Source of the DNA: Nitrosopumilus maritimus SCM1
Lineage (GTDB): Archaea > Thermoproteota > Nitrososphaeria > Nitrososphaerales > Nitrosopumilaceae
Assembly: GCF_000018465.1 (NCBI RefSeq)
Contig: NC_010085.1
Coordinates: 1,613,260-1,645,259 of the forward strand
Length of the DNA stretch: 32,000 bases
Direction: 5' to 3'
Positions 16,542 through 24,364 of this stretch are shown in pieces. Under the pieces are notes generated by a model. That model made no database searches, was not told the origin of the DNA, and saw only the letters and a list, made by a program, of their open reading frames with translations. A program made the position numbers and the translations under genes. Position 1 is the first letter of the stretch, and every line of letters begins with the position of its first letter.

Positions 16542-17277
16542 GAAATTTGTGGATGAACCATACTCAGAAATTTTGGGATATCCAAAATCAACTCCACGTC
16601 AAACAAAGTCTAGAATTAATGAATTAGACAAATTAAAAATTAAATCAATTTCATTGACGGGTCCTACAACATTAGGAAAACTAGAGATTCTTGGAAAAGG
16701 ATACGTGGGTGTAGTTGTTCTTGCAAAAAAAGGAAGTAGAGAAGTTGCATTAAAAATTAGAAGAATAGATTCGCAAAGAAAAGAAATGAAGAGTGAGGCC
16801 AAATTATTGAAGTTAGTAAATTCAGTAAATGTTGGGCCAAAAATGATTGATGTAAGCAAAAATTTTCTGGTGATGGAATACATTGAAGGAATCAAAATTG
16901 TTGATTGGGTAAATTCTCTCAAAGGGGTAGGTAGTGTAAAAAAATTGAAATCAACAATAAGAAAAGTTCTTGAAGATTGTTATAATTTGGATCAAATTGG
17001 TTTTGATCATGGAGAGTTAAGTAATATCTCAAAACATGTTATTGTTGGAAAAACAAAATCTACTCTAATAGATTTTGAGAGTTCTAGTGTTAAAAGAAGA
17101 CCATCAAATGTTACATCAGTTACTCAAGCAATTTTTATTGGTTCAGGAATTGCAAAAAAAGTACAAAAAATTTACAAAAATCCACCAAAGGAGAAAATTA
17201 TTGGTGCACTAAAACAATACAAACAAGAAAAATCTCTTGAAAATTTTGAAAATCTCTTGAAAATTTTGAAATTGTAA
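16516..17277 (+). CDS. atypical (RIO/Bud32-like) serine/threonine protein kinase
   Basis: The Gly-rich loop plus Lys is LGKGYVGVVVLAKKGSREVALKIRR. FDHGELSNISKHVIV is catalytic-loop-like and LIDFESS is DFG-like. The ATG at 16516 overlaps cca by 26 nt, and an alternative GTG lies at 16549. Confidence 0.7.
   Translation: MAHSFISIKKFVDEPYSEILGYPKSTPRQTKSRINELDKLKIKSISLTGPTTLGKLEILGKGYVGVVVLAKKGSREVALKIRRIDSQRKEMKSEAKLLKLVNSVNVGPKMIDVSKNFLVMEYIEGIKIVDWVNSLKGVGSVKKLKSTIRKVLEDCYNLDQIGFDHGELSNISKHVIVGKTKSTLIDFESSSVKRRPSNVTSVTQAIFIGSGIAKKVQKIYKNPPKEKIIGALKQYKQEKSLENFENLLKILKL
17229..17271 (+). repeat. perfect 20-bp tandem duplication (2.15 copies) at the 3' end of the kinase gene
   Basis: AATCTCTTGAAAATTTTGAA occurs at 17231-17250 and again, identical, at 17251-17270. 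The flanking bases extend the match to 17229-17271. Confidence 0.95.
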
Positions 17278-17351
17278 TGGGACCGGCAGGATTTGAACCT
17301 GCGACCACTAGTCCCCCAGACTAGTATCATACCAAGCTAGACGACGATCCC
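17278..17351 (-). tRNA. tRNA-Pro (anticodon GGG)
   Basis: Hand-folded cloverleaf from the minus strand, which reads GGGATCG TC GTCT AGCTTGGTA TGAT A CTAGT CTGGGGG ACTAG TGGTC GCAGG TTCAAAT CCTGC CGGTCCC A. The acceptor stem is 7 bp, G18G19 is present, the T-loop is TTCAAAT, position 37 is G, and CCA is not encoded. Confidence 0.93.
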
Positions 17352-17372
17352 TTGTCTCAGAGGCACAAAATG

Positions 17373-17384
17373 AAATTATTAAAT
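17373..17384. promoter_or_regulatory. shared AT-rich TATA-like element between divergent tRNA-Pro and the small ORF at 17408
   Basis: AAATTATTAAAT is centred ~28 nt from the tRNA 5' end (17351) and ~29 nt from the ATG at 17408. This is the usual archaeal TATA-to-start spacing, read in both directions. Confidence 0.45.
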
Positions 17385-17407
17385 CGTCGTATTAACAACC
17401 AAAAATT

Positions 17408-17617
17408 ATGAAAATTTGTAATATTTGTCACAAGCTTTCTGCAACAGGAGAAGATCATATAGACTGCATTCAAAAACGAAGCATAGAGTTAGAAGCTGAA
17501 GATTTCAAAAATAATATTCCTGAAAAGCTAAATCTTTCTAAAAATGATAAAGATCTTGGTGTTGAAATGAAAGCTGTTTTAGAACATCTGGCAAGAGAAA
17601 AAGAAAATTCTGATTGA
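17408..17617 (+). CDS. small hypothetical protein with a CxxC..HxxC cluster
   Basis: 69-aa ORF (MKICNICHKLSATGEDHIDC...) with a TATA-like element 24 nt upstream. Its stop abuts the stop of the convergent oxidoreductase with a 0-nt gap. Confidence 0.4.
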   Translation: MKICNICHKLSATGEDHIDCIQKRSIELEAEDFKNNIPEKLNLSKNDKDLGVEMKAVLEHLAREKENSD

Positions 17618-18766
17618 TTAAAGCCATTTGGAAAGTCTGTCTTTTTCAAATTCTAATTTACTTGAAAGATTTTCAGAAGTTTGTTCAGAAATACTAGTAG
17701 AAGGTTCTGGTTGTGAAAACATATCAACTTCAATAATTGATGCTGTTTCTCGTCCTGATTCAATAAAACATCCTCCCTTTCCATCAAATAATTCAGATTC
17801 TTCTTTTGATTGAAGTTTTGATACAATATTTTTTGCAACAGTTATACCCTCACCTTCTGCAAAAATTCCAGCTTTTGGTACTGCTTTATTTTCTGTGACT
17901 ACTAAACTGGTAACATCACCAACTGCAAATACATCTTCAAATGGAGTTTTACAATCTCTATCTATTTGAATAAATCCAGATTCTTTAGCCAATCCAGAAT
18001 CATAGATTACTTTTGGTGCAATATGAGGTGGAACAGCTAAAAGTAAATCAAATTCAGCTTCGCCATTTTCAAAAATTAATTTGTTTGATTCAACTGATTT
18101 TATTTTAGATGAATTGTGAAAAGTAATTTTTTCAGAGTTCACTAACTCAAGAATTTTTTTGCTAACTTCTGGGCCAGCTGCAGGTAATGTAATTGGAGCT
18201 GGGCTGTAAAAGTCAATTTGAACAGAATCACGCACTCCACGTTTTCTGAGCATGGAATCTATCAATAAACTGGCCTCAAATGGTGCTGGAGGACATTTGT
18301 ACGGCATTCCCATTATAGAAATGGCAATTTTTCCAGAATCAATATTTTGGAGTTTGTTGTGAATTTCTGAAAGTTGATTGTGATCATATAGATTGAACCC
18401 ATTTTCTGTTAATCCAGGAATTTTTTGTGGAGCTAAAACTGCACCTAATGATATTACAAGAAAATCATAAGAGATGTCTTCTTGTTTAGTCTTGACATTT
18501 TTGTTTTGAAGATCAATTGACAGTATCTCATCTTGTATGAAGTTGATTTCTTTTTTTTCTAACTGATTTAGGTGACCAATAGAATTTTCAAATGTTCGTG
18601 TTCCATTTATTATCCATAATTTTGCAAATCCCACCATAAACCAGTCTTTTTTATCAATAATTGTGATTTTGACCTGTGAAGATGACAATGAGTTTCTAAT
18701 CTCATTTGCAGTAGCAAGTCCACCAAAACCTCCTCCTAAAATTACAACGTGTGGAATATCTGTCAA
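17618..18766 (-). CDS. FAD-dependent pyridine-nucleotide-disulfide oxidoreductase, sulfide:quinone oxidoreductase-like
   Basis: The Rossmann motif VVILGGGFGGLATA, the PYKCPPAPFEA Cys motif, GDV and the C-terminal GGCFIESG Cys are present. The start is an obligatory TTG, 1 nt after the SDR stop codon. Confidence 0.7.
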   Translation of the reverse strand: MTDIPHVVILGGGFGGLATANEIRNSLSSSQVKITIIDKKDWFMVGFAKLWIINGTRTFENSIGHLNQLEKKEINFIQDEILSIDLQNKNVKTKQEDISYDFLVISLGAVLAPQKIPGLTENGFNLYDHNQLSEIHNKLQNIDSGKIAISIMGMPYKCPPAPFEASLLIDSMLRKRGVRDSVQIDFYSPAPITLPAAGPEVSKKILELVNSEKITFHNSSKIKSVESNKLIFENGEAEFDLLLAVPPHIAPKVIYDSGLAKESGFIQIDRDCKTPFEDVFAVGDVTSLVVTENKAVPKAGIFAEGEGITVAKNIVSKLQSKEESELFDGKGGCFIESGRETASIIEVDMFSQPEPSTSISEQTSENLSSKLEFEKDRLSKWL

Positions 18767-18767
18767 G

Positions 18768-19508
18768 TTAACGTTCTTGTGTTGTAGGTCTTATCAGGAT
18801 TTCATTGACATTAACATAAGATGGTGAGTCTACTGCATACAAAATGGCATTTGCTATATCTTCAGCATGTAAAGCTTCCATCTTTGCTGCATTTTCTACA
18901 AATCCCTTTAAGGATTCATCAGTGATTGTGTTATTGAGTTCTGTATCCACAACACCAGGTTCAATACTTGTTACTCTAATGTTTGAACGTATACTGAATT
19001 CTTGTCTTAATCCCTCACTAAATGCTGCAACTGCATGTTTTGTTGCACAATACACACTACCAGCAGGAAAGACAATTCTTCCTGCTACAGAGGACAAATT
19101 AACAATATGACCAGATTTTTTTTCTTTCATGTGTGTAATTACTGCTGCAGTAGAATACAATACGCCTTTGATATTCACATCAATCATTCTGTCCCATTCA
19201 TCTACTTTGAGATTTTTGAAGAAGCTTAGAGGCATGAGTCCTGCGTTATTTACTAAAATATCAATAGAATTCCATTTTTCTAAAACAGCTTTTGCAAAAT
19301 CATCACATTCTGATTTTTGTGTGACATCTAATTTTTGATAAAATATTTCTCCACCATTTTCAGTAATTTTGTTTGCAAGTTCCTCTAATCTATCAACTCT
19401 TCTGGCACCAATAGCAACTTTTGCACCTGCTTTTGATAATGCTAAAGCAGTGGCAAATCCAATACCACTACTAGCTCCAGTAATTATTGCTACTTTATCT
19501 TTAATCAA
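18768..19508 (-). CDS. short-chain dehydrogenase/reductase (classical SDR)
   Basis: TGASSGIGFATA (TGxxxGxG), NNAG, and the S..YCATK catalytic tetrad elements are present. The start is TTG (or the next codon, ATT), directly after an in-frame stop. Confidence 0.9.
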   Translation of the reverse strand: MIKDKVAIITGASSGIGFATALALSKAGAKVAIGARRVDRLEELANKITENGGEIFYQKLDVTQKSECDDFAKAVLEKWNSIDILVNNAGLMPLSFFKNLKVDEWDRMIDVNIKGVLYSTAAVITHMKEKKSGHIVNLSSVAGRIVFPAGSVYCATKHAVAAFSEGLRQEFSIRSNIRVTSIEPGVVDTELNNTITDESLKGFVENAAKMEALHAEDIANAILYAVDSPSYVNVNEILIRPTTQER

Positions 19509-19611
19509 TTAATCACACTGAATTTTGACATCGTAAAAATGTTTAGTCTAGAAAAATAATTCTCAAAAAAATACTGGCAACTTTATTAAAAGAAAAATAG
19601 TAAATGAATTT

Positions 19612-19833
19612 GTGAAGTCTGAAAAGTGTGCATATTGTGGGGATTTAACAGATTTGCCATTCCAATGCAATTACTGCAAGGATCCATTTTGTTCAGAGCA
19701 TAGACTTCCTGAAGAACATAGATGTGTAAAATTAAGTCAGATTAGAGCAAAACGATTTGGTGAAAAAAAAGTTATCAGAGACGGAGGAAGAGATAGGCCA
19801 AATATTTTTAGAAGAATTTTTGGACGTTTTTAA
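19612..19833 (+). CDS. AN1-type zinc-finger protein
   Basis: CAYCGDLTDLPFQCNYCKDPFCSEHRLPEEHRC fits the AN1 pattern C-x2-C-x9-C-x2-C-x4-C-x2-H-x5-H-x-C exactly. The start is GTG. Confidence 0.75.
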   Translation: MKSEKCAYCGDLTDLPFQCNYCKDPFCSEHRLPEEHRCVKLSQIRAKRFGEKKVIRDGGRDRPNIFRRIFGRF

Positions 19834-20114
19834 TAAGGACTTTTTTCCGGAGAAATTTTTGCACGTCTTCCCTGATAAATTAATGCAATAGCAAGTGCAA
19901 ACATCACTAATGCAGTTAATGGGAAGTTTTGAGGTGCTGGCAAAATGAACCAATAATAAACTCCAAAACCAATTGAGACTACAGCCTGTGTCCACAATTT
20001 TGCCCACTTGGGAGCTTTGACTACTCTACTAATTCCCTCAACAATAAAAATTCCAATTACAGGATAAATTGTATAAAAAAGAAAATCGATTACGTCAACA
20101 CCTGTATGAGACAT
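19830..20114 (-). CDS. small integral membrane protein (3 predicted TM helices)
   Basis: 94-aa hydrophobic ORF with no recognisable motif. Confidence 0.5.
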   Translation of the reverse strand: MSHTGVDVIDFLFYTIYPVIGIFIVEGISRVVKAPKWAKLWTQAVVSIGFGVYYWFILPAPQNFPLTALVMFALAIALIYQGRRAKISPEKSPY

Positions 20115-20146
20115 CTAATTAGAAATGAATTAGGTATAATTTCTAT

Positions 20147-20704
20147 CTAATCTTCCAAACGAACTTTTGTGGCTGCGTTTTTAGCAATTAATGCCTGTGC
20201 ATTTTCATATGGAATGGTTGCAATATCTTCAATTTTAAACGGACCATACTTCTCCAGATCAGCACCTACAATTTCATCTACTTCTTGCAAAAATCTTACT
20301 GCAATTTTCTTTGTTTTGTGATTTTGAGACAAGGATTCAAGGAATTTTGATTTTCCGTTAATTGTAGCTGAGAGAATCATTTCTTTTCGGTCGTTTTCTT
20401 CTTCTTGTGAATCAAGAATGAATTTTTCTTCATCTAAAAGAAAACCGATCTCAAGGTCTTTTGATTTTGAAATTTTTTCCAATCTGACATTTATGAGTAG
20501 AGAGGTCAATTCGGTGGCCATTTCTATCATAGTATCTTTGATTTTACTTTCAACACCATCAAATTCTTGTTTTTTTAGATTTCCTATAAAGTCAGATAGA
20601 TTTCTGTAAAAGTTAGGATCGATTTCTAGTAGGGATTCATCTTCGGTTTCTCGTAAAACAGTATGATGTAGATAGTTGATATCGATTTGATTTGTCTCGG
20701 ACAT
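20147..20704 (-). CDS. hypothetical protein, possibly a GINS (Gins51/Sld5-like) replication factor subunit
   Basis: 185 aa. The N-terminal helical pattern L..E....LLEIDPNFY..L..FI..L and a C-terminal small beta-domain resemble archaeal GINS. The assignment is by recollection only. Confidence 0.45.
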   Translation of the reverse strand: MSETNQIDINYLHHTVLRETEDESLLEIDPNFYRNLSDFIGNLKKQEFDGVESKIKDTMIEMATELTSLLINVRLEKISKSKDLEIGFLLDEEKFILDSQEEENDRKEMILSATINGKSKFLESLSQNHKTKKIAVRFLQEVDEIVGADLEKYGPFKIEDIATIPYENAQALIAKNAATKVRLED

Positions 20705-20745
20705 TTCCTACCTAATCCTTAAATGCTGGATGTATTTGTGTTTGA

Positions 20746-22218
20746 TTGAAGCATAAATTGCCCTATAAAGTCAGTCACGGAAAAGCAATTCAAGTATCAT
20801 ATTCACCTGACGAAGTTTTCTCAAGAATTCAACACGAAGGAATTCAATTCATTGATCTTCAATTTACAGGTCTAACTGGTCATTTCCACCATACCACAAT
20901 TTCTGCCAATACATTTACTCCTGAACAAATGAGAGACGGTCTACCAAAATTAGATGGTTCATCAATTATTGGATTTACAAGTATTGATGATTCAGATTTG
21001 CTTCTAAAACCTGATCCTAATACATTTGCAATAATTCCATGGATGACTGAAAACAAGACAGCTAGATTACTTTGTGATGTTTATTGGGGAGAAAACAGAG
21101 GTAGGTTATCAAGAGATCCAAGAGGAATTTCACAAAAAGCAGAAGAATACATCAAAACACAAGGATTTGATTTTAGTACATGGGGACCAGAAGTAGAGTT
21201 TTTTGTTTTTGATAAAGTTCATTGGGATGTTCTAACACCATACAAAGGACAATCTTATTCAATTGAATCTAAAGAAGCTCCATGGAATCAATCAGGTGAT
21301 GGATATCCTATGGGATTACAAGAAGGATACTATCCTAGTACACCTGCAGATACCCTTACACCATACAGAAATGAATGTGTGAATATTCTCAATAAGAATT
21401 TTGGAATTTTATGTGACAATCATCACCATGAAGTAGCAACAGCAGGACAATGTGAGATTGATATCAAGTATGATTACATGACAAATGCAGCTGATGCTGC
21501 ACAATCATACAAATACGTAATTAGAAACGTTGCTCAAAAATATGGCAAAGTTGCAACAATGATGCCAAAACCAATTGCAATGGATTCAGGTTCGGGAATG
21601 CACGTTAATGTTAGTTTATGGAAAGGAACAGAAAATGCATTCTATGATCCAGATGATGAAATTGAATTGAGCCAACTTGGAAGATATTTTTGTGGCGGAA
21701 TAATCAATCACGCAAAAGCATTATCAGCAATTTGTAATCCAACCACAAACTCCTATCACAGATTAGTTCCAGGTTATGAGGCTCCAGCATATATTGCATG
21801 GAGTTCTGGAAATCGTTCAGCAATAGTTAGAGTTCCAAAACATTTGAAAGGTAAGAATTATGCAAATCTAAAGAGACTTGAATTCAGAGCTCCTGATCCA
21901 TCATCCAATCCGTATCTTGTATTTGCAGCAGTAACTGCAGCAGGTATGGATGGAATTAAGAAGAAGATGGATCCTGGAGATGAGGTTCGTGATGACATAT
22001 TCAAGATGACAAAAAGTGATAGAAACAAGAGAGGAATTGGGGTTCTTCCAAAGAGTCTAGGAGAAGCACTTGACGAGCTGGAAAGTGATAGAAAATTCCT
22101 TAATCCAATTTACACAAATGATGTAATTGATAAAATCATTGAATTAGAAAGAAGAGATCAACGTGAGATTTCAATCAGACCACATCCACACGAATTTTAT
22201 TTGTACTTTGATGTTTAG
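20746..22218 (+). CDS. glnA: glutamine synthetase type I, paralog 2 (canonical motifs)
   Basis: HHEVATAGQCEIDIKYD, MPKPIAMDSGSGMHVNVSLW, NPTTNSYHRLVPGYEAP and RLEFRAPDPSSNPYL are present. The start is TTG at 20746 (or 20758), directly after an in-frame TGA. Confidence 0.9.
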   Translation: MKHKLPYKVSHGKAIQVSYSPDEVFSRIQHEGIQFIDLQFTGLTGHFHHTTISANTFTPEQMRDGLPKLDGSSIIGFTSIDDSDLLLKPDPNTFAIIPWMTENKTARLLCDVYWGENRGRLSRDPRGISQKAEEYIKTQGFDFSTWGPEVEFFVFDKVHWDVLTPYKGQSYSIESKEAPWNQSGDGYPMGLQEGYYPSTPADTLTPYRNECVNILNKNFGILCDNHHHEVATAGQCEIDIKYDYMTNAADAAQSYKYVIRNVAQKYGKVATMMPKPIAMDSGSGMHVNVSLWKGTENAFYDPDDEIELSQLGRYFCGGIINHAKALSAICNPTTNSYHRLVPGYEAPAYIAWSSGNRSAIVRVPKHLKGKNYANLKRLEFRAPDPSSNPYLVFAAVTAAGMDGIKKKMDPGDEVRDDIFKMTKSDRNKRGIGVLPKSLGEALDELESDRKFLNPIYTNDVIDKIIELERRDQREISIRPHPHEFYLYFDV

Positions 22219-22493
22219 ATTCGTCCACTCATTTCAAAAATATAGTATAATGAAACTGCCATTAGAGTAAATCCACTTCCAAGAAATATCTCTCTTCTTT
22301 TCTCAGATGTTGCAGCTTTGTATAATAGCACTCCACCTGCAAGACCTACAAACAATATCAAGACTCCCACAACAACATTATCAAAACTTGTGTTAGTGAT
22401 TAGTGGATGAAAAAATCCTGAAAGTAATACAAAGAATGCAACCAAGTACACATACTTGAATCCAGAAAGAAGTTTTGATGAGGTTTCATTCAA
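22215..22493 (-). CDS. small integral membrane protein (3 TM helices)
   Basis: 92-aa hydrophobic ORF. Its 3' end overlaps glnA by 4 nt in convergent orientation. Confidence 0.45.
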   Translation of the reverse strand: MNETSSKLLSGFKYVYLVAFFVLLSGFFHPLITNTSFDNVVVGVLILFVGLAGGVLLYKAATSEKRREIFLGSGFTLMAVSLYYIFEMSGRI

Positions 22494-22548
22494 TGCTGTT
22501 CGTAAAGTTAGTTATCAAATAAACTTTTGAAAAAAATTGCAAAATAAT

Positions 22549-24261
22549 TTACATCATACCGCCCATGTCAGGCATTCCACCCATACCGCCCATTCCAGGC
22601 ATTCCAGGTGGCATTCCGCCCATTCCAGGTGGCATTCCGCCTTCTCCACCACCAGGTGGACCACCAGCAGATTTCTGAGTAGCGATTACATCATCAATTC
22701 TAAGAATCATACATGCAGCTTCAGCAGATGCTGAAACAATCTGAAGTTTTACTGCAAGAGGTTCAATAATATCACTAGATTTCATGTTAGCAATTTTTCC
22801 TTTCATAACATCAATACCTGTCCATTTCTCACCTTTTTGTTGTTTTGAACGCAACAGGGTAAGAGTATCAATTGGATCCATTCCAGCATTCTCTGAAAGT
22901 GTTAATGGAATTGCTTCTAAAGCATCAGCAAATTTTTCTGCAGCTAATTGTTCTCTACCTTCAAGAGATTTAGCCCAGTTTCTAAGTTTTGTAGCGGCAT
23001 ATGTTTCAGGGGCGCCTCCACCTGCTACAATTTCTGGTTTTTCAATTACATCTTTTACAACCATTAAAGCGTCATGAACAGAACGTTCTACTTCATCAAC
23101 AACTCTTTGTGAGCCACCACGTAGAAGTAATGTTACAGATTTTGGATGTTTACATCCTTCAACAAATACCCATTTGTCTTCCTCAATCTTTCTTTCCTCA
23201 ACAAGGTCAGCACTACCAAGATCTTTTTCAAAGAGATCATCAAGGTTTGTGACTATTCTTGCGCCTGTTGCTTTTGCTAGTTTTGTCAAGTCACTTTCCT
23301 TAATTCTTCTAACAGCTATAATTCCGGCTTTTGCCAAGTAATGTTGTGCCATGTCATCAATTCCTTTTTGACACAAAACTACATTTGCACCAGAACCGAT
23401 AACTTTGTCAACCATTGTTTTTAGCATTCTATTTTCTTCATCTAGAAATGATTTCAATTGTTGAGGATTTGAAATGTTAATCTTAGCATCGGTTTCAGTT
23501 TTACTGATTTCTAGGGCAGTGTTAATCAAAGCAATTTTTGCTTCATTGATCTTTCTAGGCATTCCTCCATGAACAATTTCTTTGTCCAAAACTATACCCT
23601 GAACAATCATAGAGTCCTTTATTGAACCACCTGCTTTCTTTTCAACTTTAATGTCATCAATATCAACATCATAACTTTCAGAGTCTTTTTCTGCAACAGC
23701 AAGAACCGATTTTACAATAATGTCTGCAAGTTGATCAGAATCTTTTCTAACAAGTTTTGTTTGCATAGAAGTTTTTGCAATTTTATTGAGAATATTCTTA
23801 TCATTTGGAGAAATTTTATCAGATATACTTTCAAGAAATTGCTTGGCTTTTCTTCCAGCCTTTCTATAACCATCAACAATAATTGTTGGGTGAACATCTT
23901 GATCAATTAATGACTCGGCATTCTCAAGTAAGGCTCCTGCCAAAACCACGGCAGAAGTTGTTCCATCTCCAACTTCATTGTCAGTTGTTTTAGAAATCTC
24001 AACGAGCATTTTTGCTGCTGGGTGTTGAACATCAATTTCTTTGAGAATTGTTGCTCCATCATTTGTAATAGTAACATCTCCTAGGGAATCAACTAGCATC
24101 TTATCCATGCCTCTAGGACCTAAACTGGTATGAACAATCTCAGCAACTATCTTTGATGCAGCAATGTTGTTCTTTTGTGCATCTCTACCTTTAGTTTCTG
24201 AACCACCTTCTTTGAGCAATACGACGGGCATATTTCCTTTAGAAGTAGCTTGCATAGCCAT
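22549..24261 (-). CDS. ths: thermosome subunit (group II chaperonin) with a GGM-repeat tail
   Basis: [32 protein letters not shown] and the C-terminal [30 protein letters not shown] are present. Confidence 0.95.
   Translation of the reverse strand: MAMQATSKGNMPVVLLKEGGSETKGRDAQKNNIAASKIVAEIVHTSLGPRGMDKMLVDSLGDVTITNDGATILKEIDVQHPAAKMLVEISKTTDNEVGDGTTSAVVLAGALLENAESLIDQDVHPTIIVDGYRKAGRKAKQFLESISDKISPNDKNILNKIAKTSMQTKLVRKDSDQLADIIVKSVLAVAEKDSESYDVDIDDIKVEKKAGGSIKDSMIVQGIVLDKEIVHGGMPRKINEAKIALINTALEISKTETDAKINISNPQQLKSFLDEENRMLKTMVDKVIGSGANVVLCQKGIDDMAQHYLAKAGIIAVRRIKESDLTKLAKATGARIVTNLDDLFEKDLGSADLVEERKIEEDKWVFVEGCKHPKSVTLLLRGGSQRVVDEVERSVHDALMVVKDVIEKPEIVAGGGAPETYAATKLRNWAKSLEGREQLAAEKFADALEAIPLTLSENAGMDPIDTLTLLRSKQQKGEKWTGIDVMKGKIANMKSSDIIEPLAVKLQIVSASAEAACMILRIDDVIATQKSAGGPPGGGEGGMPPGMGGMPPGMPGMGGMGGMPDMGGMM
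22600..22641 (-). repeat. perfect 21-bp tandem repeat x2 encoding GGMPPGM in the thermosome tail
   Basis: CATTCCAGGTGGCATTCCGCC occurs at 22600-22620 and 22621-22641. The repeat is in frame (7 codons). Confidence 0.95.
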
Positions 24262-24285
24262 TGATGCAAAAATTCCAGATTCCCC

Positions 24286-24292
24286 TTTTATA
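24286..24292 (-). promoter_or_regulatory. TATA box of the thermosome gene (leaderless geometry)
   Basis: The minus strand reads GGAAGG TATAAAA GGGG, with 24 nt between the box and the ATG at 24261. A purine-rich BRE-like stretch lies upstream. Confidence 0.5.
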
Positions 24293-24334
24293 CCTTCCAG
24301 ATCAAGAGTGGTGGGTTTGACAGTCTATCGGTGT

Positions 24335-24342
24335 TTTTAAAT
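24335..24342 (+). promoter_or_regulatory. TATA-like box of glyA (leaderless geometry)
   Basis: TTTTAAAT lies 22 nt upstream of the ATG at 24365. Confidence 0.4.
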
Positions 24343-24364
24343 TGGGAAAATCAGGTTGCAAAAT

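Noticed and set aside
17229-17351. tRNA-Pro with an adjacent direct repeat, considered as an attachment site of an integrated element.
   Set aside because: The repeat does not overlap the tRNA sequence. No integrase or foreign-looking genes flank the tRNA, and both sides are housekeeping genes.
22537-22734. A plus-strand ORF encoding a His/Ser/Arg/Trp-rich 65-aa peptide.
   Set aside because: It is the antisense reading of the thermosome GGM-repeat tail. It is low-complexity and has no independent signals.
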